In this document: in pieces, positions 44,320-59,788 of the stretch
Position numbering within the stretch: position 1 is the first letter of the stretch
Layout of the letters: each line of letters starts with the position of its first letter
Assembly (NCBI GenBank): GCA_964016885.1
Contig: OZ024740.1
Coordinates: 271,188,001 to 271,252,000, forward strand
DNA from: Eledone cirrhosa
Lineage: Eukaryota
Direction: 5' to 3'
Length of the DNA stretch: 64,000 bases
Program-made: the position numbers and the translations under genes
Notes under the pieces: model-generated
The model's input: only the letters and a program-made list of their open reading frames with translations
Told to the model about the DNA's origin: nothing
The model's database searches: none

Positions 44320-44640
44320 ACTCATACATATTCACACAAATGGAACTCCTTTGTTTCAATGGACTTCTTGACAAGAGAACGGAGGGGGTGATGCAAGAAG
44401 AAATAGAAATGAGAATGAACTCTATAGATAATGAACACAACCCCAAAGATATGGTCCGAACGTGGAAGAGCCGAGCTCCCACTGTCATCGCCTCCATTTC
44501 TCTCCCCCCCCCCTCCCCATCTCTCTGTGTGGTGAGGAAATGGGGTCCCACGTGCTGGCCTCCCCACAACCCCGGCGGACAAAATGGAGAAGGCGTTTCC
44601 CCGGAGGATGGCAAGGGAGATGCGCTGCATACTAATTAAT
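44320..44640 (-). mobile_element. CRE-clade 3' end fragment (different family)
   Basis: MQRISLAILRGNAFSILS motif on the minus strand. Confidence 0.65.
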
Positions 44641-44836
44641 ACACATATATTCAAGCAGGCATCAGACGTAAAGAGAGAGGAATAGTATGAGATATTCAAA
44701 CTACTACTCTCTCTTTACGTGTTGTGACAGAATTGCAGAAATTTATATATATATAATAGATGAGGGATTGAGGACATTCGATGTAATTCTATTTGTGTTT
44801 TTTTTCTTTTTTTTTTTTTTAAATCTCTTTTATCAG

Positions 44837-44956
44837 TTCCGGCCAACTGTACGGATATTGACAAAAGCTGTGAAAATTATTCAGGTTTTGACGTATGCAG
44901 TCCAATCTTGTTTAAATTTGCAGTGGTCAACTGTCGGAGATTCTGTGGATACTGTA
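44837..44956 (+). CDS. Exon i: ShKT domain 2 LPANCTDIDKSCENYSGFDVCSPILFKFAVVNCRRFCGYC
   Basis: cttttatcag| acceptor and A|gtaagt donor. 120 nt, phase 1 to 1. Six-Cys ShK pattern. Confidence 0.9.
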
Positions 44957-44968
44957 GTAAGTTACTTT

Positions 44969-45012
<44 letters not shown>

Positions 45013-45184
45013 GGTGGTGGTGGTGTTGTTGTTGTTGTTGTTGTTGTTTAGTCCCTAGTCATCCCTAATTAATAGCGTATCAGGTGCGGTGGAAGCATTT
45101 CTGAACTTGGGAGAGGGGAAGGGCAAATTTGGTCAATTTACTTGTAGTGATTATTTTGGCTGTTGTTATCAAATATCAACCAAG

Positions 45185-45368
45185 GGCGGTAGATTGGCAG
45201 TATCGGTAGAGGGTCGGACGCCATGCTTTCCAGCATAGTTACGTCCCTTTACGATCTGAGTTCAAATCCCGCCGAGGTTGACTTTGCCTTTCATCCTTAC
45301 GGGGTCGATAAAATAAAGTACCAGTAATGCACTGGGTAATTGCTGGCCTTGTGCCTAAAGTAGAAACA
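45185..45368 (+). mobile_element. Young tRNA-derived SINE with Meta-domain-like core (family exemplar)
   Basis: A box TGGCAGTATCGG and B box GTTCAAATCC, core GCCTTTCATCCTTACGGGGTCGATAAAATAAAGTACCAG. 20-bp TSD gttatcaaatatcaaccaag at 45165-45184 and 45369-45388. More than 25 copies or fragments, e.g. 14277-14467(-), 30191-30384(-), 30972-31184(-), 32962-33183(-), 42542-42733(+), 43282-43459(-), 49753-49975(+), 60377-60546(-). Confidence 0.9.
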
Positions 45369-45518
45369 GTTATCAAATATCAACCAAGATATTTTAAAAA
45401 AACCTTCGATATGCGATAAACATAACATGTACATAAATTGTAGCGTATATATAAACAGATGTGTTTTTGGTAGTTTGGGGAGAAAAATATAATTATTGGT
45501 GGGGGGGGGGGGGTCCAA

Positions 45519-45754
45519 TGGTGGCCAGTAATGGTGCTGCTGCTGGTTCTGGTCGTGGTGGTGTCGGTGGGGGGGGGGGTAGTGGTGGTGGTAGTGCTGG
45601 GGGGTAGTGGTGGTGCTGATGCTGGTGCTGCAGGTGGTAGTGGTGGTGGTGCTGGTGCTGGTTGTGGTGGTGTCGGTGGTGGTGGTGGTGGTGGTGCTGG
45701 TTGTGATGCTGGTTGTGGTGCTGGTGGTGGTGGTGGTGGTGGTGGTGGTGGTGG

Positions 45755-45788
<34 letters not shown>

Positions 45789-45832
45789 AGTGCTGGTTGT
45801 GGTGGTGGTCGTCGTGGAGGTAGTTGTGGTAG
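45519..45832. repeat. Mixed (GGT/GCT/AGT)n trinucleotide repeat
   Basis: Direct inspection. Intronic, with no supportable splice sites. Confidence 0.85.
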
Positions 45833-45922
45833 TTTAGGGGCACTTTTTTTTCATGGTACTCCCCGTTTGGATTTTTTACAGTTTGACAATTCTGCTATTT
45901 GTAAGAAACTACAAATTAACTA

Positions 45923-46328
45923 CTCTCGGGTCCCAAATAATAGTTGGGGGGTAGGGGACAAAATTAAGCGAAGTAGTTGGAATAAGCGGGGGGGGCTGGA
46001 TTAAGTAATCGGTAATTTTTGCAGGTTGTCTTCGTTGATTTCTTTTAAAAACCAGAATTAGTCATTTAGCTTACATATTGAGACCACAACCCATCATATC
46101 TATTTCATAACTTATGGGGTTTCTAGTAATGTACATTTTTTTGTCATGTATAATGTTTTTTAATGTATAAAAAAATTAATTTTCACAGGAATGCTACCAC
46201 TTAAAATAAAATTTCGCCGGAGATAGATTAGCAAAATTTAATAAGCAGGGGTGGAATAAGAGCGTGGCGTTGGAAAAAACCTGAAAAATTAATAAGCGGA
46301 AGGAGGACGATTATTCGAGACCCGAGAG
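45923..46328. mobile_element. Tc1/pogo-type MITE
   Basis: CTCTCGGGTCCCAAATAAT ... ATTATTCGAGACCCGAGAG TIRs. Confidence 0.65.
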
Positions 46329-46904
46329 TTCATATAACTATTGCACTCAATCAACCCAAAATATGCCCTTAGTTCTGCACATGCTACTGAATTTTTTTAA
46401 AAAGCCAATATTTATATTTAATAAGATAGATTTCTTTAATATTTATATTTAATAAGATAACATACTGCTTAGATATGTTACCATTTATTTCTATAGTATG
46501 TGTTATCTCTCGAATGGTTATTCGAAGAGCCAGCCTTGTCACATTCTGTATCACGCTGAATCTCCCTGAGAACTACATTAAGGGTATGCGTGTCTGTGGA
46601 ATGGTCAGCCACTTACACGTTAATTTCACGAGCAGGTTGCTCCGTTGATCGGATCAACTGGAACACTCGTAGTACCCTCCTACTCATATGTTATCTAACT
46701 TCGGAGCCCTTTCCCTCCTTTTCCTCACATTTATAGCATTTATAGTCTTTTGCAAAGATACTGTCTTTTTTTATATGTTTAAATAGATATTAAATTCGTT
46801 ATCATTTTTATGTAATTTTATCCTAGAAATGAAATATATAAGATCGTTTATTCAGTATAAATCTTTTTTTTTTTTATTTCCTATATTCGTTATTTGTTTT
46901 CCAG

Positions 46905-46924
46905 ACCAACCAATACCGACATAA
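46905..46924 (+). CDS. Exon j: terminal coding exon NQPIPT*
   Basis: Long polypyrimidine tract plus ttttccag|. Phase 1 gives AAC CAA CCA ATA CCG ACA TAA. AATAAA follows 79 nt later. Confidence 0.72.
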
Positions 46925-47002
46925 ACAGAATGAACTAAGGAAATATACGGTCTAAAGCAAATCAAAGAAAAGTGTAACAAATAATTTGCAGATTTAGTAT
47001 AT

Positions 47003-47008
47003 AATAAA
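47003..47008 (+). terminator. Putative polyadenylation signal of the VWC/ShKT gene
   Basis: AATAAA downstream of the stop, followed by T/GT-rich sequence at about 47030-47065. Confidence 0.5.
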
Positions 47009-47117
47009 ATTTAATTTAGTGCAAAGCATGTTGTATGAATATAAGTTTATTTTTTCATTGTCAAAGTTCCCAAATTAGTTGCTACAATTAGTGTATTACG
47101 CTACTTTTCGGGGTTGC

Positions 47118-47580
47118 ATTCTTCTTCTTCTTCTTCTTCTTCTTCTTCTTCTTCTTCTTCTTCTTCTTCTTCTTCTTCTTCTTCTTCTTCTTCTTCTTCT
47201 TCTTCTTCTTCTTCTTCTTCTTCTTCTTCTTCTTCTTCTTCTTCTTCTTCTTTCTTCTTCTTTCTTCTTCTACTTCTTCTTTCAGTGTGTTCTCTCAGAA
47301 GCAACTGTCCCCAACTGATGATCCAGTTGGATCCTCAAACGAGACTAGCCGGTTATCTAACCATCTTGCTCGGGGTTTACCATTGGGTCTCCAGTCGTTT
47401 GGTTTTGCCCGTAAAATCTGTCCAGTGATTCTTTCCTGGGATATTCTAACCACATGCCCATAGTATCAGAGTTGTGATCTCTCAATTCGGAGAAGTAACA
47501 GATCTACCTGGAGCGACTCTCTGATCTCTGAGTTACACATTCTATCGAGTAACACTAATCCAAAAATCCTCGGTTCCTTG
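47118..47580 (-). mobile_element. RTE-clade LINE 3' fragment with (GAA)n tail
   Basis: LLDRMCNSEIRESLQVDLLLLRIERSQL*YYGHVVR..RPNGKPRARWLD. Confidence 0.75.
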
Positions 47581-47779
47581 GTATTTTAAAATGTTAATGT
47601 TTAAATAGTAGACTCCAAACGAATACCACATTAAATAACCAACTAATTGAACTAAATATAAAAAGTATATCAAGACCTGTAACTCCTGATGGAGTCGTAA
47701 GGATGCTGTAATGAAATACGAAGTATCTAGGACATTTTTTGAAACCTAACGGAACCCATCCTCTCTCCAGGTCACACAA

Positions 47780-48130
47780 AGAAGATCCTCAACATGAAAT
47801 GTCAAAATAAAATGTCTCCGATGCAGAAGTTCTCCGGGGAGCAGATGTTCCATAACCCTACCCTATACTTAGATCCAGATGACTAAGATGGTTTTGTCGC
47901 GTCTCACGAATAGATGGATCCAGAATCCCAAAGCAAGTGCTACTGTGGAGAACTAACTGATGGAAGAAAGAACACAGGACATGCTAAGGTGTGCTTCAAG
48001 GAACCAATGTAAAACTACCCGGAGAGTGTTCTCTTTTGATGAAGGGAAACGGGAATAGTTAGTAAAGAACCGTGGCAATTGGAGGTCTTCTGTACATAGA
48101 GGAACCCAAGCATTTGAAAATATTTATATT
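47780..48130 (+). mobile_element. Degenerate RTE-BovB-like fragment
   Basis: LRWFCRVSRIDGSRIPKQVL..EL..GRK..G motif. Confidence 0.6.
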
Positions 48131-50346
48131 TTTTTAATTTCCTGCTACTTTTTAATGACACTGATCTGACAACACCGCTCATTACATGAGTGTTGTACGT
48201 GGTTAAAGAGTCTCAGTTGGTCAACACAATTATATGTTCGACAATCAAACAAAGAGGTGGAGGTTCGTGGCTTTCGCAGTGTTTCTCATTGTCAATAGTC
48301 AACAAATTACATTTAATGTGAGAAGGAACGTGGTTTAGTAGTTAGATTGTCAGTTCACGCTCGTAAGGTCACAGCTTCCTTTACCGCCTGCGCATCGTGT
48401 CTTTCAGCAAGATATGTTATCTCTAGTTTCTCCAGTCCACTAGACTTGAAAACAAAAAGTTTGAACCTGTAATCCAAAGGGATAACCTTGTCACACTACA
48501 TTTTATCGTGCTGCATCTACTTGAAAATTACGTTATGGGTACACGTGCGAGTGGAATACTCAGTCATTGACGCGTTAATTTCCCGAGCAGGCTTTTCTGC
48601 TGTAATAGTTATCATCGGAGCACACAAGCACACACATTCACTGTCCACTGGCGAACTCAGTACAGTAGCCATTTATGTCTCACCTCTCCCTCTGTATATC
48701 TTCTATATCTATCTATCCATCTCTATTTATCTATCTACCATGTTTTGCAGCATAGTTATGGCCCTTTGCGTTCTGAGTTCAAATCCGCCGAGGTTAACTT
48801 TGCCTTTCATCCTTACGAGGTCGATAAAATAAAGTACCAGTGGTGCACTGGGGTAATCGCTGGCCTTGTGCCAAAAGTAGAAACTCTATTTATCAATCTA
48901 TCTCTATCTAACAATATCTCTCTCTCTCCCTAGCAGTCAAATGCTGGGGTTCATATAATCGACTTACCCCTTCCCTCAAATTGCTGGCCTTGTGCTTAGA
49001 TTAAAATACATTATTATTTCTGGCAGGTCCAGAAATTACGTAAAGCTTTATATTTCAGAAAAATGAAAGGTAATATAGATTTCTAATTTTGCTATCTGAC
49101 CATAAATGCGTCATCGATTGAATCAAGATCCACTTTGCCTTTCAACTTTTCAGGGTCGATAAATAAAGTATCGATCCAAGGACAGTGGGTAGATTCGTGA
49201 ATTTTTAGAGCGTTGGGTGGGCTACTTTACAATATCCGATCCGGCACTGTGCGTTCTAAGTTTAAATACTGCCTCCCTCAGCTAGGAGCCGTGACCGTTA
49301 GATATTATCAGCAATAGCAATACCAATGTATATATTGCTTCCTTCGTCCGATTTGACTATTGGTTCCTTTCCTATCCTTTTGAATTGAATCAAGTTTAGC
49401 AGATGTCTGACATTTACTTTTATTGATCATGTGGGATGAAATACAAAATCGATTTCTGCGGAAATCGACTTATTTCGTTCATGGACAATATAAATATGCT
49501 ACTAATGAGATCGAAATTTAACTATAAGATACTTGGTAACCACCCAAATATTATTAGTGTGGTTGCAAAGTATAAAGTGGGATATTGGTTGACCTAAATG
49601 GAAGAGCAAAATCGCCTCGGGCCTCCCTATGAGGCATTCTAAGACTGAAAGTTAGTAAAGTGGCAGTCTTTAGACGAAATGATTAATAGCGTTCACACAC
49701 ACACACACACACACACCCAACAATGTATATACTCATTATCATTCTACTCAATGGGCGGTGGATTGACAGTATCGGTAGAGGGTGGGACGTTATGCTTTAC
49801 GGCATAGAGTTACGTCCCTTTATGATCTGAGTTCAATTACCACCGGGGTTAACTTTGCCTTTCATCCTTATGGGGTTGATAAAATAATGTACCAGTCACG
49901 CACTGGAGTCGATTTAATCGACTTTCCCCTCCCCCCAAATTACTGGCCTTGTACCTATACAAGAAATCATTATTATTCTATTCAATTAAAGTAGAACCTA
50001 TTAGAACTCAATGTAGTGTTGATATGCCTATCCCATCGTATGAAAGCGAAATTTATTTTTACGGAAAAAAACTGGACCTTTTCCCAAGCAAATGCACAGT
50101 AAGGTTTCCGGAAATACATAACAAAAGATTAATGAAGATGTTTTAAATAGTATTCACTTATATTCAATAAAACAAAATTCCGTTTTTGCTCTTCGATGTT
50201 CAGCCACAATTGTAAAAAACGATATTTCTCCATAGAACTGTATTCTTGAATATATTCATAGTTGATCTTTTCCCGTACATTCACAAATATGAACGAGATC
50301 AAAGTCAGCAGTAATCTTATTAACCTCATATAGACATCCTCTAGAC

Positions 50347-50635
50347 CAGCTTTATTTAACCTTTTCGCCCTTGTGGAACCCTTGAAGTACTTTTCATGTC
50401 TCGGAGAACCCTTGCATAAAAATTAACGGGTAACGATCTAGTTTTAAATCATATAAGAGATTGTAGCCTTTATTTTCCAACAATATGCCGTGCATGATAG
50501 TAAAATTACGAATATAAAATTAAACAAAAATATATTTATAAATGCATTAGCTTATTTATCACTGTTTCTCGCGGAACTCCTAGAGACCTCTTGCGGAACG
50601 CCGGGGTTCTGGGGAACACCAGTTGAGAAACACTG
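50347..50635. mobile_element. hAT (Charlie-like) MITE
   Basis: CAG...GTTGAGAAACACTG termini. Imperfect 8-bp TSD ctctagac/ctctaaat. Confidence 0.6.
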
Positions 50636-51999
50636 CTCTAAATTATGAAAATAAAAATGCCTATAGGCTCTTCTTCATCTTAAGCTAACACAGAGATAAA
50701 TTCACTTCACCATTTAATATGAAATCAAAGCTCAAAGCCTGTGCAGAATCTGTAAACTTTGAAAGATATTCAATGTATATTTTCTCATATTCATGTTTTA
50801 TTGTCAGTAAATAGTTACTATTAAAAGCAACTAAGATGGACAAAAAGAATTTTTTTAACTAGCAATTTTCAAGGGAAATAACTTTTATCGAATAAAAATT
50901 GTTTAATGGTAGTTATTTCCCTTTTAAAGCAATATGCTACTTGTATTAATCTGATAAAAAAAAATGAAATGCAGGAACTGATGAGGCGGATAAATTATTT
51001 ACCTTTCTGATAAAGAATTATAAATTATAACCTTTGATCAATACTCTGCATAGTATATTCCTATTTACTTAGCAATGCATGTATGCATGGTCCCGTAATT
51101 CCTGAGGGAATCGTAGGGGCACCAGCTTGATATACAACGTTTCTAGGGCACTTTAAAACCTTGCAGAGCTCATCTCATCTCCAGCAGATTTCTTCCAGAG
51201 AAGGTTAGAGAGACTGAGAAAATGGAAGTGAGAAACAGATATAGAGAAAGAATTTACCCCAGTACTAGACTGGTACTTTTTTTGGTACTTAAATGGATGA
51301 AACTAAAGTTGACCTCGGCGGGATTTGAATTCAGATAGCAGAAAGTCGGAACGAATACCATAAATCATTCTATCCGACGTTCTAAAGACTCTGCCATTTC
51401 GCCGCCTTTTCATCTTTATAGGCATGGTTAAATAAGTGTAACAGCTAAATGCTAATATCGATAAAATTCCCTATTTTCTTAGGTACAGCGCAACATTTCT
51501 CCTGTGGCCCTGGAGAAAGTAACTCGAAAGAAAAATGTTTCTATTGCTCTACTTCCCACCACTCACATACGCATGCTTCCGGTTGTCCGAGACCTCCATG
51601 TAATTGGATCTGGAATTTAGTTCAAATTATGAGTTACGAGGGTCACCTGAAAAGCTAATAAGCTGACCAAGACACTCTCATGGAATGACCAAATGAGGTT
51701 TATTTTTCATTATAGTATCTGGAAAGAAACAATGCACTTATCAATAAGAAGAGTTGATATTAAATCATGCAAGATTTGACAGCTCTAGCATCAATCCTTT
51801 ATGAACGTTTCAACCGTCCCTCGTGCGTTAACTAGCTGATCTATGTTAGCAGCTCATTGTGCGTTAAATTCGTTACTCTGAGATGGACATCTTGCTTGCT
51901 TCAACAGATTAAAGACTTTGTGGTTATTTAAAGGCATAAAAGGTTAGTTAAGGCTGTTCTAACTCCCATTTGATTAAGATGTTCATGAAATACAAGTCT

Positions 52000-52300
52000 T
52001 TCCTAGTGCATATTACACTTAGACAATCCTCTGAGTTATATGTCACACAATACTGTGGAAGATAACCCTACATCAAATTTCTAAGAACTACTTCTTCGGC
52101 CGAGTTTACACTCGCAAAGATTCAGCACGCTTTCTCTAATAGTCCCAGTCGAGTATGACGGATGCAGTGCCCAGGCAGTTTCATTCGTCTGCAGGCAACT
52201 TTTTTTAGACTGATGGTAGTGATCTGTATAGTTCTTTATTTGTCAGCTTCTGTTTACAAGAAATGTTGAGAACTAGCTGTAGGGTAAATGTCCTTTCTCG
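52000..52300 (-). mobile_element. Degenerate RTE/RTE-X-like fragment
   Basis: LVLNISCKQKLTNKELYRSLPSV..RRMKLPGHCIRH. Confidence 0.6.
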
Positions 52301-52329
52301 TACAACAAATATATCAGTTATTGGAAAGA

Positions 52330-52490
52330 CGTCCCTTCAATGATGGCTGTCCCTTCTTGAATAGATGTTCTCCTTGGGAGAAATGATCCTTCTTAGATGA
52401 ATGTCCTTTCTTTGACATATGCCCTTCCTCACACAGATGGCCTTCCACACACAGATGACCTTCCTCACACATATAGCCTTCCTCTGCTAA
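52330..52490. repeat. Degenerate 18-bp tandem repeat, about 9 copies
   Basis: CCTTCCTCACACAGATGG units. Minus frame reads EEGHLC-like hexapeptides. Confidence 0.75.
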
Positions 52491-53165
52491 AAGTACCCAA
52501 GGATGATGTGGTGGTGTTAAACTGGGTAACCGATTAAGTTTACCAACCAAGGAAGCCTCGACAAAATTTGAACTCAAAATGAAATGAGTTGGAACAAATA
52601 CCGCAAATACTGAAGCTTTAACGATTCGAGCAATCCGCTGCCCTGGATTGATACTTTATCCGGAAGGAAGAAAGACAAAGTTTACCTCGATGGGATGAGC
52701 CAAAATAAATACCATTTGATATTTCATCCGACGTTAAAGCATCTCTTGAACAGTCTAGTTCCTGATATATAGAAAGACGAGATGATCGCAATTAGAACAT
52801 CTTTGATTATATGTCAGCTCCATCAGAACTGACATGGGACTAGGAAACAGCAACAACATAAACAACAATCACCTCGTTCTTTCCATATGGATTGGAGTTC
52901 TCATTAAGGGTTTCAGGTGATATCTAATCGGCAAAACATTGCATCTTACTTTAAATTGCCTCCCACACAGGCCACCACCATGAGGCAGCCATTTTCATTG
53001 TTAATGAGGGTTTCTATGACGACGAAAACGATGACAGTGTACCATCAGTTTAGTACAGACGGCTACCATTATTAAGATAATGGGCAGTCGGCCTAGAAGT
53101 TGTATCTGCAAAATTCTACCCGTGGCCAAGAAATTTAACTTTAAACGGCGCAGTCTGTTTACTAT

Positions 53166-53227
<62 letters not shown>

Positions 53228-53429
53228 TGATTACTTTCTCCAAGTCAGCCCTCCTTGAGCAGATCTATGCTCAAAGCCATTCCCGGCGTGACCACTCCTT
53301 CATTTATCATACATACTGTATCAAAATCTACATTATCCAATGTAAGGTAGTACAGTATGATTTGAGGAAGATTTGGTTGTTGTTTCTAGCCTGTCAAACT
53401 ACCTTACACACTTGTTAGTTTGGTCTCTT

Positions 53430-54700
53430 TCGTTGTTCAAGTTTTGTTGTTGATAATTTCGAGGTCACATCCCTTCCCGCCTCCCACCCTATTTCTTCAA
53501 GTATTCTACGATATGTTCCATTTTCAACAATGGAAATTCCCTCTGGTCCTATCAATTAACAACATTCTCAGGCACTTCGGATCGCTCTCACTCCTTAATG
53601 ACCACCACGTCGGCGTTTTTGTAGCCAGATCTAGTAGACACCTACTCTCTGACAATTAGGTTCCACCTCGCAAATCTCTGGACAAAGCTGTCAAACTCTC
53701 TATGAGCTGTACCATATAATCTCATGTTTCTTCTGTTTGTCATACCAAACCATCTGGTGTACACCAAGGTTCGGGTTTCTTCCTACTTTTTTGCTTCTTT
53801 ATGTAAAGCAATGATAACGAGAGGTCATTTCCAGCAACTCACACTCACATGTAGATGATTCTAGCCTTTATTCTCTCAAAACCTTTCCCACCTAAGCTTC
53901 ACTCCTGTGCATCCAAGACACTTCAGGTCAAACACGTACCTCGTAAATATTCTTCAATGCTATCAACAGAAAACTATATCGCAATCTACCCCTCCAGACA
54001 TGACTAACAAGCAACTGGATCCAATTGCTTGGCCTCATCATCACAGAAAATCTCCCATAGTAAACGCATAGCAAAGACAGCATCACATATACCTTATTTT
54101 TCGAAGCCAGCAAAGACTTTAGTCCCAAACAATTGCTAACTCGTTACAAAGCCTATATGAGATCCACAATGGTATACTGCTCTCACATCTGGGACCGTGC
54201 TACCGCTACACATCCTGAATTGCATATAAAAAAGGGGCCACATGAATTATTGGAATGAAATCGCTCACTAACGCACACCAGCTTCTGGTCCACATACCTA
54301 TTGTTTCTTCTCTCTGTCTATTCTACTGCTACTACTGCTGCCACTGCTCCTAGGACCTGGCTAGTCTCACGCCACTTTCAATCAGGCTCTACCGATTTGC
54401 TTGTCATTCCTCTGCTTGTTATTAATGTTGTGTCCACTACAACTACCCAACGTCCTGTGCTAACCACTGCGCCCATTTCTACCTGCATAGAATGCTATGT
54501 CTGCAATTCCCTCTCTGCACATGTTTTTTTTTCAACTTACATTAATCATAACGATCTCAGAGAGATTGCAAAGGTAATGATCACTGTCCCTTTTTCCCTG
54601 ACATTCCAGCTACATACATCAGTCCCGTACATACTATCAGTCCCATATTTTCCATTGTGCTTAGGTGTACTTAAGCACAAGGCCCCGATTTTTTTTTTTT
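53430..54700 (+). mobile_element. Degenerate CR1/L2-group LINE RT fragment
   Basis: GVHQGS, HVDDS and LLTRYKAYMRSTMVYCSHIW motifs across frameshifts. Confidence 0.65.
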
Positions 54701-55241
54701 TTTTTTTTTTAAGGTGAATATTTCAAATGTTTTTCACTGCTATCTCAGTTCAAATGACGCAGAGGTCAACTTTGCCTTTCATCCCTTCGAAGTCAATAAA
54801 AAACGCACCAGTCTAGTACCTCTATATACTACTATATACTATTATACTCGGGCCTGGAGAGGAGATGGGCGCCGCCAGGCTTAAAGTGTCCCGGAAGCAC
54901 CAGATGCCAACTACGGCACCCCTATGACTCCATCAACAGTTACCGGACCATACCATACCATACTATATCTAGAACTACCCATTATCCATTTACCAACGTC
55001 AAACGGTGGCGTTTGATTTGAGGAAGACTTTTGGTTGCTATTTCTAGCAGTGCGAAAGACTTCATAAATGGTTGTTTAGTTTTTCGTTGAAGGAAGAAAA
55101 TAGACTTTCCACTGCTTTACTGACAGTTTAATATAAGAAATACTCACAGACGAGGCCAACTTGTAAAATAGTACTCGGTTTTCTTTATGTCTACATAGCG
55201 TTTTGATTTTGTTTTTACTGTTTCTTTTTATCATTTCATTA

Positions 55242-55276
<35 letters not shown>

Positions 55277-56189
55277 GAGGGCGGTGGATTGGCAGTATCG
55301 GTAGAGGGTCGGACGCCATGCTTTCCAGCATAGTTACGTCCCTTTACCATCTGAGTTCAAATCCCGCCGAGGTTGACTTTGCCTTTCATCCTTACGGGGT
55401 CGATAAAATAAAGTACCAGTAATGCACTGGTAATTGCTGGCCTTGTGCCTAAAGTAGAAACAATTATTATTATTAGGGCGGTGGATTGGCAGTATCGGTT
55501 GAGAGTCGGACACCATGTTTTGCAGCATAGAGTTACGGTCCTTTATGGTCTGAGTTCAAATCCCGCCGAGGTTAACTTTGCCTTTCATCCTTACGGGGGG
55601 GGGGTCGATAAAATAAAGTACCAGTCATGCACTGGAGAGTCGATTTAATCGACTTTCCTCTTCTCCAAAATTAAGTACCAGTCATGCACTGGGGAGTCGA
55701 TTTAATCGACTTTCCTCTTCTCCAAAATTAAGTACCAGTCATGCACTGGAGATTCGATTTAATCGGCTTTCCCCTTCTCCAAAATTGCTGGCCTTGTGCC
55801 TATATAAGAAACCATTTTATTGCGGCAGATTGACAGATTCGGTAGAGCGTCGGACACTTTGCTTCGCGGCATAGAGTTACGTCTCTTTACGTTCTGAGTT
55901 CAAATCCCGCCAAGGTTAACTTTGCCTTTCATCCTTACGGATTTCGATAAAATAAAGTACCAGTAATACACTGAGTACCACTGAAATAATTGCTGGCCTT
56001 GTGCCAAAAGTAGAAACAATTATTAGGAGGAGGAGGAGGAGGAGGAGGAAGAGGGGGGAGGGGGCATATAATTGTATTCCATTCCTGCGTTTTGTTTGTT
56101 CTTGTTTTATTGTTGTTTTTTTGTATATTTTCTGGGGGTTTGTTTTTCCTCCTTTTCTGTTCTTTACAATCATAGATAGACGACAGCTT

Positions 56190-57900
<1,711 letters not shown>

Positions 57901-58084
57901 AACATAAAAATATCAAAGTAAGTATGAAAAAAACCACACAACAAATGTCTTGCTGTGGGTCACCACTATTTAGTGTTTACTCTGTCTGGGTGGTTAGTTG
58001 AGTGAGGGTAGGGGTGGGCTGGGGGTGGTTGGGTCGATAGCTCTTTGGTTGAATGGGGTATTGATGTATGAGTGGTTAGATAGC

Positions 58085-58800
58085 TAGCTAGATAGATAGA
58101 TTTCTATTTATTTGCCACGAGGGCACAAAAGAAGGGGGCAAATACAAAGGGGGAAGTTTACATACAATAAAAACGTGTAAAATATTATCACATATGTAAT
58201 TTAAAAGTTAATCGATTTTCCCCAATAGGGGAGACATTTCATATGGGTAACACATACCCCCGAAAGAAATGTGCAACCCTCATCTCCAGGAGTACGAAGA
58301 GTTTGTACCCCCTTCCTCTCTTCCTCCTTTTCCTCAACCTACAGGCTGATATAGAGAGAAGGCCCATTCACTCGGGCCATTCTCGCCACTTTCACCCACC
58401 TTTCATAAAACTTGCTGGGGTACAGCACCTCTCTCTCCATCCTGATTCTTCTTCCAAAGTGGCATTTGAAAGAAAGAATCAGTTGTTGGCCGGAGAGAAA
58501 GGTGTCTGACCTCAGCCCTTTCAACCTTGTCCACCATACAACCTCTTTCGCCATAGCTATCACACAAAGGAAAACCGCCTCTCCTTCGTTTTTGAAGGCG
58601 GATGGCGGTTTGATTATGACAATCGACTCGGTGGTCAACCGGATTGATCCCACTCGCGACAATAGTCGTTCTACATAGCCCCACAGATCGGTAACGCCCG
58701 GGCAGTGTACAAATGTGTGCGCGACGGTTTCCTCGTCGCGCACGCATCTCGGACAGAATAGATACAAGCATGATCGAATAGTTTCGAGAAGTTTGTTTTT
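58085..58800 (-). mobile_element. L1/Tx1-clade LINE 3' fragment
   Basis: CPRC..EETVAHTFVHCP CCHC zinc knuckle of the ORF2 C-terminus, followed by a 3' UTR with AATAAA and (CTAT)n. Confidence 0.8.
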
Positions 58801-59268
58801 CATTAGATCCTGGGTTCGATCTCACTACGTGGTTTCTTGGAGAAGTGTCTTTTACCATAGCCTCTGGTCAAATCATGCCTTGTGAGGGAAATTTGATAGA
58901 CAGAATCTATTTAGAACCCGTCAGATACACTGTACCTTACAAGAGCCGGCCTTGCCGCACGCGCACACTGTGTCACACCGAATTTCCTTGGAAATTACGT
59001 AATCGATACACGTGTCTGTGGAACGCTTGCCTACTTACTCGTTAATTTCATGCGCAAATTGTTCCTTTGATGGAACAACTAGAACACTCATCTTTCAAAG
59101 TCCATTCAATATATATACATATATATATGTGTGTGTGTGGGTGTGGGTGCGCGCACGCGTGTATGTGTGTGTGTGTATCAACATGAATGGACCTGTTATT
59201 TTTATCTAAAGACATGTTTTCCAATTCCAACCCGCCCGTCCCTTCAATCTATCTTATTTCTCATTCTT

Positions 59269-59304
59269 TCTTCTGATGAAGGACTAGCGTCCGAAACGTT
59301 AAGA
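59269..59304 (+). ncRNA. 36-nt minimal type I hammerhead
   Basis: tctt CTGATGA a GGAC-tagc-GTCC GAAA cg T T aaga. Palindromic stem III ACGT. Confidence 0.82.
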
Positions 59305-59388
59305 CCCTCTTCCAGCTATTTCAAGCGTTAACCTAATATATACCTTCCATATACTGTACCGATTGTATTGTTATTTCTGTTTACCTTT

Positions 59389-59495
<107 letters not shown>

Positions 59496-59788
59496 TATAA
59501 ATTATGTCCATAGAATCATTTGATAAGATATATACTCCATTTCCTCTCCCAATTAGCATAATCAACCACACAAAAAACCAATTAAACTAGGCTATAAGAT
59601 TAAAATGCACCTATGAAGAAATAATTGATAAATAAACGACAGCCATCTATTCGCGATCAACCGCTATAGAATATTTACCCAGCATTTCAATAGCACGTGG
59701 AAATCGATTAAATATATCGTCAACCATACACAATTAGGTATAAAATTAAAGATAGAAGAAAAAATGCATATACACATACCAAGATTAC

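Noticed and set aside
45493-46004. Gly-rich (plus) or His/Gln/Pro-rich (minus) ORFs
   Set aside because: Trinucleotide repeat with no credible splice sites, and the gene model closes without it.
50978-51030. CTGATGAGGC motif
   Set aside because: No stem II closure followed by GAAA, so not a hammerhead.
51483-51610. Cys/His-containing ORF after a good-looking acceptor (ttttcttag)
   Set aside because: No recognisable domain, no convincing donor, and it lies beyond the predicted stop and polyA signal.
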